This document shows, piece by piece, positions 29,223 to 37,971 of a stretch of 58,110 nt of DNA (position 1 is its first letter; every line of letters begins with the position of its first letter). This DNA comes from Spirochaetales bacterium (GTDB lineage Bacteria; Spirochaetota; Spirochaetia; Treponematales; UBA12059). A program made the translations under genes and the position numbers. Where the stretch lies: the NCBI GenBank assembly GCA_036769135.1, contig DAIPLR010000001.1, forward strand, positions 13,589-71,698. Reading direction: 5' to 3'. Under the pieces are notes generated by a model. The model worked only from the letters and a program-made list of their open reading frames with translations. It did not search any database and was not told where the DNA came from.

Positions 29223-30493
29223 ATGATGGTCCCCGGCGGCAGGACGGCGTTCTTGGGTATGACGATGACGCCGTCCACGATGTAGTAGTTGCCGAACTCG
29301 CCGTCCTCGCGCGCCCGCTCGTCGATGCCGATGCGGCAGTTGGGGCCGAGCCGGGCGTTCTTATCGATGATGGCGCCCTTGACGATGCAGCCGGCGCCTA
29401 TGCCGATGTTCGGCCGGCCCGCGGCTTCGTTCGCCCTCCTTTGGTCGTCGGTCTCGTAGTAGTCGGCGCCCATGCAGACCACGCCGTCTAAGCTGGCCCC
29501 GGTCTCGATGATGGTGCGGATGCCGACGATCGAATTGGAGATCGAGGCGTTGGTGATGATGCAGCCGTCGGCCGAGAGCGTCTTATTGAGGGTGCAGTAG
29601 TTGATCTTAGAGGGCGGTAGGTTGCGCCGGTGCGTATAGATGGGCATGTCCTCCTCGTAGAAGTTGAACGAGGGGGCGATGTCGCAGAGGTTCAGGTTGG
29701 CCTCGTAGAAGCTGCGTATGGTACCGATGTCCTCCCAATAGCCTTCGAAGGTGTAGGCGTTGACCTCTTGGGTCTTGAGTATGCTCGGGATAATTTCCTT
29801 ACCGAAGTCGTTCTCGTCGCCCTCCAGGGCCTTCTCCATGAGCGCCGCGTCGAAGATGTAGATGCCCATGGAAGCCAGATAATCCTTGCCGCCCGAGCGG
29901 CGGTCCTTACGGAGCTCCTGGGGGATCTTATAGTCGCTTATGTCCTTCACGGGGCCCGGCTTCTCCATGAATTCGACGATGCGGCTCTTGGCGTCGATCT
30001 TCATGATGCCGAAGTCGCTCGCGTCCTCGCGGCTCACGGTGGTGCAGGCTATGGTCAGGGCGCAGCCCGATTCCTTATGTTTCTTCAGCATATCGGCCAG
30101 GTCCATGCGGTAGAGTTGGTCGCCAGAGACGATGAGGTAGTGGCTCGGCCTCTGGGGCCTAAAGTGCACCAGGTTCTTTCGAACCGCGTCGGCCGTGCCC
30201 TCGTACCAGCCGGAATGGGTCAGGGTCTGCTCCGCCGCCAAGAGCTCGACGAAGCCGTTGGAGAAGTTGTCGAAGATGTAGGTGCGCGCCACGTGCAGGT
30301 GGAGCGAGGCCGAGTTGAACTGGGTCAGGATATAGATCTGGTTGAAGCCGGAGTTGATGCAGTTCGATATGGGAATATCCACGATGCGGTAACGGCCGCC
30401 GAAGGGCACGGCCGGCTTGGCGCGATCCTTGGTGAGGGGGTAGAGCCTGGTCCCCTTGCCGCCGCCGAGCACGATCGAAAGCACCTTGTCCAT
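29219..30493 (-). CDS. glgC: glucose-1-phosphate adenylyltransferase
   Basis: The track ORF starts at 30718. I prefer ATG 30493 (AAGGAGG upstream), giving MDKVLSIVLGGGKGTRLYPLTKDRAKPAVPFGGRYRIVDIPISNCINSG. The C-terminus is a left-handed beta-helix. Confidence 0.95.
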   Translation of the reverse strand: MDKVLSIVLGGGKGTRLYPLTKDRAKPAVPFGGRYRIVDIPISNCINSGFNQIYILTQFNSASLHLHVARTYIFDNFSNGFVELLAAEQTLTHSGWYEGTADAVRKNLVHFRPQRPSHYLIVSGDQLYRMDLADMLKKHKESGCALTIACTTVSREDASDFGIMKIDAKSRIVEFMEKPGPVKDISDYKIPQELRKDRRSGGKDYLASMGIYIFDAALMEKALEGDENDFGKEIIPSILKTQEVNAYTFEGYWEDIGTIRSFYEANLNLCDIAPSFNFYEEDMPIYTHRRNLPPSKINYCTLNKTLSADGCIITNASISNSIVGIRTIIETGASLDGVVCMGADYYETDDQRRANEAAGRPNIGIGAGCIVKGAIIDKNARLGPNCRIGIDERAREDGEFGNYYIVDGVIVIPKNAVLPPGTII

Positions 30494-30532
30494 TGAGTTC
30501 CTCCTTGTTCGTATCGTAGGATAGTATACGAT

Positions 30533-32833
30533 ATGACTATGCCGGCCGCCATCGATTTTATAGACGAACTCATCGCCGATCCCGCCTTCGCCTCCGGCGT
30601 TCGCCACGTGGAGCGCGTGCCCGCCCGCGAGGCCGAATGGGCCGCCCTGCCCGAAGGCCTGCGGCCCGAGCTTAAGGCCGCGCTCAAGGCCAAGGGCCTG
30701 TCGCGGCTCTATACCCACCAGGCGCGCGCCGCCGAGCTCGCCTTCGCCGGGCGCGACCTCGTCGTCGTGACCCCCACGGCCTCGGGCAAGACCCTGTGCT
30801 ACAACCTGCCGGTCGCCCAGGCCCTGCTCGAGGACCCCGACGCGCGGGCCCTGTACCTCTTCCCGACCAAGGCCCTGTCGCAGGATCAGCAGGCCGAGCT
30901 CAACGAGCTCATCACGGCGGGAAGCCTACCCATCGCGGCGGCCACCTACGACGGCGACACGCCGCAGAGCGTGCGGGCCCAGGCCCGCGATCGCGGCCGC
31001 GTCGTCATAACCAACCCCGACATGCTGCATTCGGGGGTACTGCCCAACCACGCCAAGTGGATACGCTTCTTCACGGGGCTGCGCTATATCGTGATCGACG
31101 AGATGCACGCCTACCGAGGCGTCTTCGGTAGCCACGTAGCCAACGTGATCCGCCGCCTCCTCCGGGTCTGCGCCTTCTACGGCTCGAATCCGCGCTTCAT
31201 ACTCTGCTCGGCGACCATCGGCAATCCCCGTGAGCTGGCCGCCCGGCTCATAGGCCGCGAACCCGAGCTCGTGGACCATAACGGCGCGCCGCGCGCGGCC
31301 AAGGCCGTGGTCTTCTACAACCCGCCCCTCGTGGATCCCGTGCAGGGCATCAGGCGGAGCTCGGCCCTGGAATCGCGCGACATAGCCGCCGCGTTCCTCT
31401 CCCGCGGCATACGCACCATACTCTTCGCCCGCTCGCGCCTCCGCGTCGAGATCCTGGCCGCCTACCTGAACGAGCGCTTCGCCAACCTCTATACCGAGAA
31501 CGCGCGCGTCCGTATCGAGCCCTACCGCTCCGGGCTCCTGCCTACCGAGCGCCGCGCCATCGAGAAGGGCCTGCGGGACGGGACGGTGCAGGGCGTGGTC
31601 TCGACGAACGCGCTCGAGCTCGGCATAGATATCGGCGGGCTGGACGCCGCGGTCCTGGCCGGCTGGCCGGGTAGCCTCGCCTCGTTCTGGCAGCAGGCCG
31701 GCAGGGCGGGCCGCCGCCAGGGCGTCTCGGCGGCCGTGTACGTCGCCTCGAGCGCTCCCTTGGACCAGTACCTCATGGCCCACCCCGAGCGCTTCTTTTC
31801 TAGCCGCGCGGAGGAGGCCCGCGTCGACCCCGAGAACCCCTATATCTACCTCGACCACCTGAAGTGCGCCGCCTTCGAGCTGCCCTTCGCCGAAGGCGAG
31901 GCCTTCGGCCCCCTGGACGCGACCGAGGGCCTTTCTATGCTCGAGGAGGAGGGCATAGTCAGGCGCACCGGCGGCCGCTGGTTCTGGGCCAGCCAGGGCT
32001 ACCCCGCCGAGAAGATGAGCCTGCGATCGGCCACCGCCGACAACGTGGTTATCATCGACGTGACGGCGGGCAGGAACGCGGTGATAGGGGAGATGGACCG
32101 GCCGAGCGCCAAGGAGCTCATCTACGACGACGCGGTCTACATCCACCGCGGCCGGCAGTTCGTCGTCCTGAAATTAGATATAGAGGATCGCATCTGCAAG
32201 GTCGAGGAGCGCGAGGTCAACTACTACACCGACGCGGTCGTGAAGACCGACCTCAAGGTCCTCTCCGAAGACGAGCGCTTCGAAGCCGGCCCCTGGGCCG
32301 CGGCGCTCGGCGATATCCTCGTGCGCTCCCAGGCGGAGAAGTTCAAGAAACTGCGCTTCCACAGCCACGAGAACGTGGGCTACGGCGAGATATACCTGCC
32401 GCCCGAGGAGATGCAGACCCGGGCCCTGGCCCTGCTCCTGCCCGACGGGGCCTTCGGCGAGGGCGTGTCGGAGCTGCGCTTAGGCGCCGCGCTCTCGGGG
32501 CTCTGCTACCTCTTAAAGAGCCTAGCGCCGGCCGAGCTCCTGTGCGACGCGGCCGACCTCGGCTCGGCCTGGCGGCTCCGCGACGATCACTACGGTCAAG
32601 CCGCCGTCTATCTCTGGGATCGTTACCCCGGCGGTACGGGCCTCGCCGAAGCCCTGGGGCCCATTATCGGGCGGCTCCTCTCGGCCGGCCTCGACCGAGC
32701 CGCCGGCTGCGACTGCGAGGACGGCTGCCCCTCCTGCCTAGGCGTGCCCGACGGCGAGCTGGCCATGGCCCGGGGCCGCAAGGCACTGGCCTTAGGCGCC
32801 CTACGGCGGGCTCTGCGTGGCGCCCTCGCTTAA
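30533..32833 (+). CDS. DEAD/DEAH-box helicase with a C-terminal DUF1998 four-Cys domain (MrfA/YprA-like)
   Basis: Walker A TPTASGKT, DExH-type VIDEMH, motif VI QQAGRAGRR, and a C-terminal CDCEDGCPSC cluster. Confidence 0.85.
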   Translation: MTMPAAIDFIDELIADPAFASGVRHVERVPAREAEWAALPEGLRPELKAALKAKGLSRLYTHQARAAELAFAGRDLVVVTPTASGKTLCYNLPVAQALLEDPDARALYLFPTKALSQDQQAELNELITAGSLPIAAATYDGDTPQSVRAQARDRGRVVITNPDMLHSGVLPNHAKWIRFFTGLRYIVIDEMHAYRGVFGSHVANVIRRLLRVCAFYGSNPRFILCSATIGNPRELAARLIGREPELVDHNGAPRAAKAVVFYNPPLVDPVQGIRRSSALESRDIAAAFLSRGIRTILFARSRLRVEILAAYLNERFANLYTENARVRIEPYRSGLLPTERRAIEKGLRDGTVQGVVSTNALELGIDIGGLDAAVLAGWPGSLASFWQQAGRAGRRQGVSAAVYVASSAPLDQYLMAHPERFFSSRAEEARVDPENPYIYLDHLKCAAFELPFAEGEAFGPLDATEGLSMLEEEGIVRRTGGRWFWASQGYPAEKMSLRSATADNVVIIDVTAGRNAVIGEMDRPSAKELIYDDAVYIHRGRQFVVLKLDIEDRICKVEEREVNYYTDAVVKTDLKVLSEDERFEAGPWAAALGDILVRSQAEKFKKLRFHSHENVGYGEIYLPPEEMQTRALALLLPDGAFGEGVSELRLGAALSGLCYLLKSLAPAELLCDAADLGSAWRLRDDHYGQAAVYLWDRYPGGTGLAEALGPIIGRLLSAGLDRAAGCDCEDGCPSCLGVPDGELAMARGRKALALGALRRALRGALA

Positions 32834-34043
32834 GTCCAGGCTCGCCCGCCTGCGCGAGGCCTCCGCGCCCGCTCCGGGTAAGGCGCGCGGCGCGGCGGCC
32901 GGAGGGCCGGCGCCGGGGAGCCAGGCGCCTGTTAACTCGGCGCTGGCCGCCGCCCTGGCCGAGCGCGGCTGGACGTCCTGCGGACGGGGCCTCTGGCATC
33001 GAAGCCTGCGCTTCGATCCCCTGCCGCTCGGCTACGAGCGAGAGCCCGCATGCCTCGCCGGCGCCGTCGACGCCGCGCTCGGCCTGCCGACGGGCGTCGC
33101 GGAGGCGACTGGCGGCTCCCCGACCGCCTTCGACCTGGAGACGACCGGCCTCTCAGGCGGCGCCGGCACCGTGGCCTTCCTGGCCGCCTTCGCCCGCCCC
33201 GCCGAGGGCGGAGCCGTCGAAGTCAGCCAATATTTCATGGACGACTATCCCGCGGAGCCGGCCTTTATCGCGGCTGTGGACGAGGAGTTGGCGCTCGCCG
33301 CGCCGCTCATCAGCTACAACGGCTCGAGCTTCGACCTACCGCTCTACCGCGGCCGCTGCGTAATGAACGGCGTTCGGCCGCGCCTGCCTTCGCGGGCCGT
33401 CGACCTCTTACATACGGCCAGGCGCCTCTACAAACGCTCGGTGGGCGAGTGCTCGCTCGCGTCGATAGAGCGGGCGGTCCTCGGTATGGAGCGCGGCCCC
33501 GACCTGCCCGGAGCCTTGGTTCCGGAGGCCTTTTTCCGTTATCTCCGCGAGGGTTATCACGACGAACTCGGCCTGGCCATGGACCATAACGCCGCCGACG
33601 TGCGCGCCCTCCTGGAGCTCTACGGGGTAGTACGGGTTTTGCTCGCGCGCTGCCTATCGGGCGGGGCTGGTTCGGCGGCATCGTCCGCCGCGGGGAAGGC
33701 CGCGCCCGATCCCTTCGGCTTAGCCTGGCTCGCGGCGCGCGTCGATCCGCGACGAAGCACCGAGCTCCTCGAGGCCGCGTTGGCCGAAGGCGACGAGCGC
33801 TCAGTCCGTCCGCTCATGAGGCGCTACTGGAAGGAGGGGAGGAAGGACGAACGACTTCGGCTGGCTCCGAGACTTCCCGACGACGCGGCGGGCCTCCTCG
33901 CCAAGTCTCTATACGCGGAGCGCGTCAAAGAAGACCGAGCGGAGGCCCTGCGGTTGGCGGAAAAGGCTCAGGCCCTCGGCGGACCGCTGGCCGAGCGCGC
34001 CGCGGCCCGCGCGGCGCGCCTGGCTCGACGCGCCGGGCCATAG
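32817..34043 (+). CDS. RNase H-like/DEDD 3'-5' exonuclease domain protein with a helical C-terminal extension (MrfB/YprB-like)
   Basis: AFDLETTGL, LISYNGSSFDLPL and DHNAADVRAL exonuclease motifs. GTG start overlaps the helicase gene by 17 nt. Confidence 0.7.
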   Translation: MAPSLKSRLARLREASAPAPGKARGAAAGGPAPGSQAPVNSALAAALAERGWTSCGRGLWHRSLRFDPLPLGYEREPACLAGAVDAALGLPTGVAEATGGSPTAFDLETTGLSGGAGTVAFLAAFARPAEGGAVEVSQYFMDDYPAEPAFIAAVDEELALAAPLISYNGSSFDLPLYRGRCVMNGVRPRLPSRAVDLLHTARRLYKRSVGECSLASIERAVLGMERGPDLPGALVPEAFFRYLREGYHDELGLAMDHNAADVRALLELYGVVRVLLARCLSGGAGSAASSAAGKAAPDPFGLAWLAARVDPRRSTELLEAALAEGDERSVRPLMRRYWKEGRKDERLRLAPRLPDDAAGLLAKSLYAERVKEDRAEALRLAEKAQALGGPLAERAAARAARLARRAGP

Positions 34044-34048
34044 AGGGC

Positions 34049-35071
34049 TTAGAGCAGGGTATCGCCGAGCTGCCCGCAGGCGCCGCCCACGCCGCGGCCG
34101 CGCTTGGCCCGTCGGACCGCGTTGACGCCCAGGCGTTCAAGCTCGCTTTCGAAGGCGGCGACCTCGGCCCGCGTGGGCTCGCGGTAGGGCAGGCCATCCA
34201 CGGGGTTCCAGGGGATGACGTTGACCTGGGCCTTGAGCCCGCGCAGCCACGCGGCCATGGCGCGGGCGGCGGCCAGATCGGAGTTCCGGCCGCCCATGAT
34301 GGCCGCCTCCATGGTGATGCGATCGCCCGAGGCCTCTTGGTAGGCCAGGAGGGCGCTCTTTAATGCCGCCAGGCCGTAGCGCTTATTGACCGGCATGAGC
34401 TCGCTCCGTAGCTCGTCGTCGGCGGCCGTAAGGGAGATCGCCAGGCGCACGTGCGGCCCGTTTTGGGCCAGGTCCAAGATGCCCGGCACGATGCCGCAGG
34501 TGGAGATGGTAATTTTCCTGGCCGACAGGCCGTAGCCATCCGGGTGACTCAAGATGGCGATGGCCTTGCGTAGCGCCTCGAGGTTTAAGAGAGGCTCGCC
34601 CATGCCCATGAACACGACGTTGGAGACCCGGCCGCGCAGGGCCGCCAGGTGCAGGTACTGCTCGACGATCTCGTGCGGCTCTAGGTTACGGAGGAAGCCC
34701 AGGGTGCCGGTCTTACAGAAGGCGCAGGCCATGGGGCAACCGACCTGGGTGGACAGGCAGGCGGTCAGCCGTCCCTCGGGGTCGACGAGCAGGACCGACT
34801 CGATCGCCGAGCCGTCGGCCAGCCTGAGCTTGAGCTTGACCGAGCCGTCGGCGTCGTCAAGGGCCGCCTCGACGCGGCTGGCAAGGAGCGAGGGCAGGAG
34901 CCCCGACAGGCGCTCGCGCTCGGCCGCCGGCAGGTCGGTCATATCGTTGAAAGAGCGCGCGCCGCGCATGAGCCACTTGAATACCTGCATGCCCCGGAAG
35001 GGCTTTCCGAGGCCGTAGGCGGGGGCGTATTCGGCGGGCAGGAGGCCCGCCGGGAAGGGAAGGCCGCTCAA
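34049..35071 (-). CDS. rlmN: 23S rRNA/tRNA (adenine-C2)-methyltransferase RlmN (radical SAM)
   Basis: FRGMQVFKWL near the N-terminus, radical-SAM CPMACAFCKTG, GMGEPLLN, and a C-terminal GGACGQL. Confidence 0.93.
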   Translation of the reverse strand: MSGLPFPAGLLPAEYAPAYGLGKPFRGMQVFKWLMRGARSFNDMTDLPAAERERLSGLLPSLLASRVEAALDDADGSVKLKLRLADGSAIESVLLVDPEGRLTACLSTQVGCPMACAFCKTGTLGFLRNLEPHEIVEQYLHLAALRGRVSNVVFMGMGEPLLNLEALRKAIAILSHPDGYGLSARKITISTCGIVPGILDLAQNGPHVRLAISLTAADDELRSELMPVNKRYGLAALKSALLAYQEASGDRITMEAAIMGGRNSDLAAARAMAAWLRGLKAQVNVIPWNPVDGLPYREPTRAEVAAFESELERLGVNAVRRAKRGRGVGGACGQLGDTLL

Positions 35072-35080
35072 AGGCCGGGC

Positions 35081-36223
35081 CTAGCCCTGGATCTTAGCCA
35101 GGAGCTCCTGTATGTGCTGGTTGCGGATGCCCAGGCGCTGGAAGTCCACGAGAGTCTCCTCCGCCTTACGGCGGTCCCCGGCGGCCAGGTAGCACTGGGC
35201 CAGCTCCATGTACAGGCGATAGTTCTTGCCGTCGTTCTGGATCAGGCGCTTCAAAGACTCGGTGGCCTCGTGGAGCTTGCCCTGCAGGCGGGAGATCGTC
35301 GCCAGGCCGAGCACGGCGTACACGTCGAATTCGATATTGAGGGCGCGCTCGTAGTAGTCCAAGGCCTGGTCGTAATCCTCCATGCTGCGGTAGGCGTCGC
35401 CGGCGCGGGTCAGGATGACCTTGTTCTTGGGGTCGCGGGCCAGGATCTTGTTCCAATTCTCTAAGGACAGCTCAGGCTTGCCCATGCCGCGGTAGCAGTC
35501 GGCCAGGCCGAAGAGCGCGTAGAAATTGTCCGGCTCCTTGCGCAGGGCCTTTTCGAAGTAGGGCACGCCCTCGTCGAATTGCTTGAGCTTGCGGTAGCAA
35601 TTGCCTATAGACGTGAGGACCCTGATGTCCACGGCCTCGCCCTGGGCGTGTACCATGCGCTGCCAGTAATGCAGGGCGTCGCGGTATTCTTTGAAGTCGT
35701 AGTGCAGGTGACCGAGCCCTATAAGCGCGTAGGGGTTGTCGATCTCCATCTCGAGGACGCGCAGGTATATGGCCTTGGACTTCCTAAAGTCGCGGACCTT
35801 GCGGTATGCGTCGGCTATCCTGGTGAGCACCGTGATGTTGCGGTTGTCGTGTAAGAGGTACTGCTCCCAGATCTCGATGGCCTTCTGGTACTGATTCAAG
35901 GCCTTATAGCAGTCTGCCAGGCCGAAGAGGGCGTAGTTGTTGCCCGGATGGTAGATCAGGCATTTCTTGTAGTGGTCGACGGCGTCCCGATAGGCGCCGC
36001 GCTTGCGGGCGGCGTCGCCTAAGCCCACGAGGGCATAGTTGTTCTCGCCGTCGCGCTCCAGGATCTGGCGGAAATTCTTCTCGGCCTCGCCTATGCGATT
36101 TTCCTTGAGGTACTGATACCCCTTCTTGGACAGGTCGGCGATCTCCTGGAGCTCGCCGTTGGGCTGGACGGCGGCGCCGTCGTCGCGTAGTTCGTCATGG
36201 CCGGCGTTGGTTTGGTCGCTCAT
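35081..36223 (-). CDS. tetratricopeptide (TPR) repeat protein
   Basis: 380-aa ORF with about ten tandem 34-aa repeats of the type NxYALxGLADCYxxxGxxxxAIExxxxxL. ATGA overlap with the upstream ORF. Confidence 0.85.
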   Translation of the reverse strand: MSDQTNAGHDELRDDGAAVQPNGELQEIADLSKKGYQYLKENRIGEAEKNFRQILERDGENNYALVGLGDAARKRGAYRDAVDHYKKCLIYHPGNNYALFGLADCYKALNQYQKAIEIWEQYLLHDNRNITVLTRIADAYRKVRDFRKSKAIYLRVLEMEIDNPYALIGLGHLHYDFKEYRDALHYWQRMVHAQGEAVDIRVLTSIGNCYRKLKQFDEGVPYFEKALRKEPDNFYALFGLADCYRGMGKPELSLENWNKILARDPKNKVILTRAGDAYRSMEDYDQALDYYERALNIEFDVYAVLGLATISRLQGKLHEATESLKRLIQNDGKNYRLYMELAQCYLAAGDRRKAEETLVDFQRLGIRNQHIQELLAKIQG

Positions 36224-36603
36224 GTCGTTTCCTCGTCTTCTAGCATTTTTCGTATAGCCAAGGCGGCCCGCTGAACCAGTTCGGCGCCCTTGCCTTCGTC
36301 ATGCGCCAGCTTGAACATCTTGAGGGCGTCTATGGGCCTGCCGTCCTCCAGATATCGTTCGCCGACGCGGATCAATCCGTCCGAGTAGCCGGTCGTTTGG
36401 AAGATGCGGCGAGCGGCCTCTATATCGCCCTCGTTGAACAGCTGGTTGGCGCGCCGGTTCAGCTGAACCTTTTGATCGGGTTTTAAGGCTTGGCTGGGCT
36501 CGTCGACGGTCTTGATGAGGCCGCCTTCGGGGAACTTTTCGAAAATCGATTCGTCCATGTCTCTTACGAACCCCGCCTTTAGGGCGATCGCCTTTCTTTC
36601 CAA
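36220..36603 (-). CDS. hypothetical protein (127 aa)
   Basis: ORF with a TTG start, first gene behind a good promoter and coupled to the TPR gene. It contains one TPR-like helix pair (ANQLFNEGDIEAARRIFQ). No function recognised. Confidence 0.55.
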   Translation of the reverse strand: MERKAIALKAGFVRDMDESIFEKFPEGGLIKTVDEPSQALKPDQKVQLNRRANQLFNEGDIEAARRIFQTTGYSDGLIRVGERYLEDGRPIDALKMFKLAHDEGKGAELVQRAALAIRKMLEDEETT

Positions 36604-36637
36604 ATAGGTCGAGCCCCGTAGCGAGGCCGACTAAAAA

Positions 36638-36666
36638 ACTATACGAAGATTTCGTTAAATAATCAA
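36638..36666 (-). promoter_or_regulatory. sigma70-type promoter TTGATT-N17-TATAGT for the 36603<-34049 operon
   Basis: The minus strand reads TTGATT (36666..36661), a 17-nt spacer, then TATAGT (36643..36638). It lies in an AT-rich patch about 35 nt upstream of the first ORF. Confidence 0.5.
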
Positions 36667-36904
36667 TTCGAAAACGTCGGGGGTATTTAGAATTTGGAGA
36701 TTCGACGCGCTATAGTAGCTTAAAACAGGCCTCTGGAGCGCAACATGGAACGCACGCACGCACATCGTCAGGATTCGGGATCGGCCGCGGCCCACGGCCT
36801 TTTCGACGTCGAAGGCGACGGATTCATGGCTCGGGCTCCCGAACGGGAGGCCATGGACGAGCCTCGAGCGGGCGGCGGCCGTTATGAAGACCGCCTAGCC
36901 AGGC

Positions 36905-37510
36905 TCATGCGCCTGTTAAACCGCTAAATATCGCCCCGCCCGCCGCCGACGCGCCTAGAGCGCCTGTCGCACGCCTATAGAAACGCAGCTGCGATCGGCC
37001 GTATTCGCGCTCGTCCTCGAGAGCGAGCTCGCCGGCGCGCTCGGGGAGCGCGTCCCCCTTAGGATAGTGGATAAGAAGGAGCCCGCCTGGCTCTACGAGG
37101 CCTCGCTCCGCTATCGATTCTACCAAGGCGGCCTTGTGCGCGTATGGAAAGGGCGGATCGCAGAAGACCACCGAGAAGCCAATAGTCGCCCGGAGTATGA
37201 AACGCTCGACGGGCATACAATGGCACTCGATGCGGCGTTCGGCCATGCCTACGTTCCGTAAGAGGACCGGGAACTTCGGCCGATCGCGCTCTACGCAATG
37301 CACGGGATCGGCGCCGCGGCTCGCGGCCTCGAGCGCCACGATACCCGAGCCGGAGAACAAGTCTAAGAACGAGCGCCCGTGTAAGTCCCCTAAGATGCCG
37401 AAGAACGACTCGCGCATGCGGTCCATCGCCGGGCGTATCTCATAGGGGCCGTGGGGTACCTCCGCCCAGCGACCCTTGAGGCTGCCGCCGGTAACGCGCA
37501 GCTTAGGCAC
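36905..37510 (-). CDS. rsmD: 16S rRNA (guanine966-N2)-methyltransferase RsmD
   Basis: RPAMDRMRESFFGIL, DLFSGSGIVALEAASRGA and VFCDPPF motifs. Confidence 0.9.
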   Translation of the reverse strand: MPKLRVTGGSLKGRWAEVPHGPYEIRPAMDRMRESFFGILGDLHGRSFLDLFSGSGIVALEAASRGADPVHCVERDRPKFPVLLRNVGMAERRIECHCMPVERFILRATIGFSVVFCDPPFPYAHKAALVESIAERGLVEPGGLLLIHYPKGDALPERAGELALEDEREYGRSQLRFYRRATGALGASAAGGAIFSGLTGA

Positions 37511-37511
37511 G

Positions 37512-37970
37512 CTAGGAGTTCCTGTCGCGGAAGGCCCTGGCCATCTCGCGTTTCACGTCGCGCTCCTTGATGGAATCGCGCTTATCCGCCTGCTTCTTGC
37601 CCTTGCAAAGCCCGAGCTCGACCTTGACCCGTCCCTTGGTAAAATGGAAGTCGAGAGGGATGAGGGTATAGCCCTTCTCGTCCACCCGGCGGCGCAGGCG
37701 CTTCAGCTCGTGCGCGTGGGCCAGGAGCTTGCGCGGGCGGTCGGGATCGTGGTTGAAGATGGAGCTGAAGCTGTACTCGTTGATGTGCACGTTCTTGAGC
37801 CACAGTTCGCCGTTCTCGAAGGCGGCGTAACCGTCGGGGAACGAAACCTTCCCGGCCCGCAGCGATTTCACCTCCGAGCCTTCGAGGACGATGCCGCATT
37901 CCAGGGTCTCCTCGACGGCGTAGTCGAAGCGGGCGCGGCGGTTCTGGGCTATGATCTTGCGGCCTTCCAT
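37512..37970 (-). CDS. smpB: SsrA-binding protein SmpB
   Basis: IAQNRRARFDY, GSEVKSLR, RPRKLLAH and the overall 152-aa length. Confidence 0.95.
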   Translation of the reverse strand: MEGRKIIAQNRRARFDYAVEETLECGIVLEGSEVKSLRAGKVSFPDGYAAFENGELWLKNVHINEYSFSSIFNHDPDRPRKLLAHAHELKRLRRRVDEKGYTLIPLDFHFTKGRVKVELGLCKGKKQADKRDSIKERDVKREMARAFRDRNS

Positions 37971-37971
37971 C

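Noticed and set aside
36678-36712. GGGGGTATTTAGAATTTGGAGATTCGACGCGC resembles the 5' end of tmRNA (GGGGCUGAUUCUGGAUUCGACG..) and lies 0.8 kb from smpB.
   Set aside because: Within 450 nt on either strand there is no matching 3' tRNA-like end (T-arm GGUUCGAxUCC ... CCACCA, or TGGTGG on the other strand). The downstream sequence is the rsmD coding region. The AT-rich patch is better explained by the TTGATT-N17-TATAGT promoter.
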